The position numbers and the translations under genes were made by a program. From positions 29,760,001-29,824,000 of the forward strand of contig OZ024740.1 of the NCBI GenBank assembly GCA_964016885.1: DNA of 64,000 nt. The letters run 5' to 3'. The notes beneath the pieces were generated by a model. The model was not told where the DNA came from. It did not search any database and saw only the letters and a list, made by a program, of their open reading frames with translations. Of this stretch, positions 59,101 through 64,000 are shown one piece after another (positions within the stretch are counted from its first letter, which is position 1; each line of letters starts with the position of its first letter). This stretch comes from Eledone cirrhosa. Taxonomy: Eukaryota.

Positions 59101-62100
59101 ACCTTACATTACCACATATAAGTCTCCACCATACATAACCACAGTCTCACCATACATTACCACATATAAGTCTCCACCATACATTACCACAGTCTCACCA
59201 TACATTACCACATATAAGTCTCACCATACATTACCACAGTCTCACCATACATTACCACATATAAGGCTCACCATACATCACTACAGTCTAACCATACATC
59301 ACCACATATAAGTCTCACCATACATCACCACATAAGTCACACCATAGATTACCACATATAAGTCTCACCATACATTACCACATATAAGTCTCACCATACA
59401 TCACTACAGTCTCACCATACGTTACCACATATAAGTCTCATCATACATTACCACAGTCTCACCATACATTACCACATATAAGTCTCACCATACATTACCA
59501 CATATACGTCTCACCATACATCACCACAGTCTCACCATACATTACCACATATAAGTCTCATCATACATTACCACAGTCTCACCATACATTACCACATATA
59601 AGTCTCATCATACATCACCACAGTCTCACCATACATTACCACATATAAGTCTCACCATACATTACCACATATAAGAATCACCATACATCAACACAGTCTC
59701 ACCATACATTACCACATATAAGTCTCACCATACATCACTACAGTCTAACCATACATCACCACATATAAGTCTCACCATACATCACCACATAAGACTCACC
59801 ATACATTACCACATATAAGTCTCACCATACATCACCACAGTCTCACCATACATAACCACATATAAGTCTCACCATACATCACCACATAAGTCTCACCATA
59901 TATTACCACACATAAGTCTCACCATACATCACCACAGTCTCACCATACATGACCACAGTCTCACCATACATCACCACAGTTTCACCATACATTACCACAT
60001 ATAAGTCTCACCATACATCACCTCAGTCTCACCATACATCACCTCAGTCTCACCATACATTACCATATATAAGTCTCACCATACATTACCACAGTCTCAC
60101 CATCCATTACCACATATAAGTCTCGTCATACATCACCACAGTCTCACCATACATTACCACATATAAGTCTCCACCATACATTACCACATATAAGTCTCGC
60201 CATACATTACCACATATAAGTCTCACAATACATCACCACAGTCTCACCATACATCACCACATATAAGTCTCACCATACATCACCACATATAAGTCTCACC
60301 ATACATCACCACAGTCTCACCATACATTACCACATATAACTCTCAGCATACATCACCACAGTCTCACCATACATTACCACATATAAGTCTCACCATACAT
60401 CACCACATAAGTCTCACCATACATTACCACATATAAGTCTCACCATACATTACCACATATAAGTCTCACCATACATCACCACAGTCTCAACATATATTAC
60501 CACATATAAGTCTCACCATACATCACCACAGTCTCACCATACATTACCACATATAAGTCTCACCATACATCACCACAGTCTCACCATACATTACCACATA
60601 TAAGTCTCATCATACATTACCACAGTCTGACCATACATTACCACATATAAGTCTCACCATACATTACCACAGTCTCACCATACATTACCACATATAAGTC
60701 TCACCATACATCACCACAGTCTCACCATACATTACCACATATAAGTCTCACCATACATCACCACATAAATCTCAAAATACATTACCACTCATAAGTCTCA
60801 CCATACATCACCACAGTCTCACCATACATTACCACATATAAGTCTCACCATATATTACCACATATAAGCCTCATCATACTTTACCACAGTCTAGACATAC
60901 ATTACCACATATAAGTCTCACCATACATTACCACAGTCTCACCATACATTACCACATATAAGTCTCACCATACATCACCACAGTCTCACCATACATTACC
61001 ACAGTCTCACCATACATTACCATATATAAGTCTGATCATACATTACCACAGTCTCACCATACATTACCACATATAAGTCTCACCATACATCACCACAGTC
61101 TCACCATACATTACCATATATAAGTCTCATCATACATTACCACAGTCTCACCATACATTACCACATATAAGACTCACCATACATCACCACATATAAGTCT
61201 CACCATACATTAAAACATATAAGTCTCACCATACATCAACACAGTCTCACCATACATTACCACATATAAGTCTCACCATACATCACTACAGTCTCACCAT
61301 ACATTACCACATATAAGTCTCACCATACATTACCACATATAAGTCTCACCATACATCACCACAGTCTCACCATACATTACCACATATAAGTCTCACCATA
61401 CATCACCACATAATTCTCACCATACATTACCACACATAAGTCTCACCATACATCACGACAGTCTCACCATACATCACCACAGTCTCACCATACATTACCA
61501 CATATAAGTCTCACCATACATCACCACAGTCTCACCATACATTACCACAGTCTCACCATACATTACCATATATAAGTCTGATCATACATTACCACAGTCT
61601 CACCATACATTACCACATATAAGACTCACCATACATTACCACACATAAGTCTCACCATACATCACGACAGTCTCACCATACATCACCACAGTCTCACCAT
61701 ACATTACCACATATAAGTCTCACCATACATCACCACAGTCTCACCATACATTACCACATATAATTCTCCACCATACATTACCACATATAAGTCTCACGAT
61801 ACATTGCCACATATAAGTCTCACCATACATCACCACAGTCTCACCATACATCTCCACATATAAGTCTCACCATACATCACCACATATAAGTCTCACCATA
61901 CATCACCACAGTCTCACCATACATTACCACATATAAGTCGCACCTTACATTACCACATATAAGTCTCCACCATACATAACCACAGTCTCACCATACATTA
62001 CCACATATAAGTCTCCACCATACATTACCACAGTCTAACCATACATTACCACATATAAGTCTCACCATACATTACGACAGTCTCACCATACATTACCACA

Positions 62101-64000
62101 TATAAGGCTCACCATACATCACTACAGTCTAACCATACATCACCACATATAAGTCTCACCATACATCACCACATAAGTCACACCATAGATTACCACATAT
62201 AAGTCTCACCATACATTACCACATATAAGTCTCACCATACATCACTACAGTCTCACCATACGTTACCACATATAAGTCTCATCATACATTACCACAGTCT
62301 CACCATACATTACCACATATAAGTCTCACCATACATTACCACATATACGTCTCACCATACATCACCACAGTCTCACCATACATTACCACATATAAGTCTC
62401 ATCATACATTACCACAGTCTCACCATACATTACCACATATAAGTCTCATCATACATCACCACAGTCTCACCATACATTACCACATATAAGTCTCACCATA
62501 CATTACCACATATAAGAATCACCATACATCAACACAGTCTCACCATACATTACCACATATTAGTCTCACCCTACATCACTACAGTCTAACCATACATCAC
62601 CACATATAAGTCTCACCATACATCACCACATAAGACTCACCATACATTACCACATATAAGTCTCACCATACATTACCACATATAAGTCTCACCATACATC
62701 ACCACAGTCTCACCATACATTACCACATATAAGAATCACCATACATCAACACAGTCTCACCATACATTACCACATATAAGTCTCACCATACATCACTACA
62801 GTCTCACCATACATCACCACATATAAGTCTCACCATACATCACCACATAAGACTCACCATACATTACCACATATAAGTCTCACCATACATTACCACATAT
62901 AAGTCTCACCATACATCACCACAGTCTCACCATACATTACCACATATAAGTCTCACCATACATCACCACATAATTCTCACCATACATTACCACACATAAG
63001 TCTCACCATACATCACGACAGTCTCACCATACATCACCACAGTCTCACCATACATTACCACATATAAGTCTCACCATACATCACCACAGTCTCACCATAC
63101 ATTACCACAGTCTCACCATACATTACCATATATAAGTCTGATCATACATTACCACAGTCTCACCATACATTACCACATATAAGACTCACCATACATTACC
63201 ACACATAAGTCTCACCATACATCACGACAGTCTCACCATACATCACCACAGTCTCACCATACATTACCACATATAAGTCTCACCATACATCACCACAGTC
63301 TCACCATACATTACCACATATAATTCTCCACCATACATTACCACATATAAGTCTCACGATACATTGCCACATATAAGTCTCACCATACATCACTACAGTC
63401 TAACCATACATCACCACATATAAGTCTCACCATACATCACCACATAAGACTCACCATACATTACCACATATAAGTCTCACCATACATCACCACAGTCTCA
63501 CCATACATAACCACATATAAGTCTCACCATACATCACCACATAAGTCTCACCATATATTACCACACATAAGTCTCACCATACATCACCACAGTCTCACCA
63601 TACATGACCACAGTCTCACCATACATCACCACAGTTTCACCATACATTACCACATATAAGTCTCACCATACATCACCTCAGTCTCACCATACATCACCTC
63701 AGTCTCACCATACATTACCATATATAAGTCTCACCATACATTACCACAGTCTCACCATCCATTACCACATATAAGTCTCGTCATACATCACCACAGTCTC
63801 ACCATACATTACCACATATAAGTCTCCACCATACATTACCACATATAAGTCTCGCCATACATTACCACATATAAGTCTCACAATACATCACCACAGTCTC
63901 ACCATACATCACCACATATAAGTCTCACCATACATCACCACATATAAGTCTCACCATACATCACCACAGTCTCACCATACATTACCACATATAACTCTCA
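35109..64000. repeat. 26/21-bp minisatellite-type tandem array (>=28.9 kb, runs off the right edge)
   Basis: The long unit AGTCTCACCATACATTACCACATATA (26 nt) is interleaved with the short unit AGTCTCACCATACAT(C/T)ACCAC (21 nt). Rarer 24-nt (..CACATA), 27-nt (AGTCTCCACC..) and 19-nt variants occur. The ORF track shows nothing here. Confidence 0.98.

Noticed and set aside
35109-64000. Canonical telomere or coding (His/Thr-rich) repeat
   Set aside because: There is no TTAGGG-type unit, and the strand orientation is wrong for a chromosome end on the right. The 26-bp unit shifts frame and carries stops, and the ORF track is empty here.

Overview
This is eukaryotic, repeat-dominated DNA with no convincing host protein-coding gene. 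It has three blocks. (1) Positions 1-29727 are a tandem array of a 61-bp satellite with nested higher-order duplications (6984, ~3400/3584, 1703, 1460, 365 and 243 bp). The array is most homogeneous on the left and becomes more divergent and largely monomeric towards its right edge. (2) Positions 29728-35108 are a ~5.4-kb non-satellite island. It holds a degraded tRNA-type SINE, TA/TG microsatellites and a young, 5'-truncated, minus-strand L1/Tx1-clade LINE (30549-34894). The LINE keeps an ORF1 remnant and a full-length endonuclease-RT-zinc-knuckle ORF2 broken by only one stop codon and one 1-bp frameshift. It is inserted into a (TA)n tract with an exact 18-bp target-site duplication. (3) Positions 35109-64000 are an unrelated, strongly strand-asymmetric minisatellite of interleaved 26-bp and 21-bp units with kb-scale internal duplications. 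From memory only, the SINE resembles an abundant octopus SINE, so a cephalopod source is plausible but unverified. The many short ORFs in the 61-bp array are repeat artefacts. I found no clear new protein-based system. The best leads are a possible (TA)n-targeting Tx1 family and the junction between two long satellite arrays.
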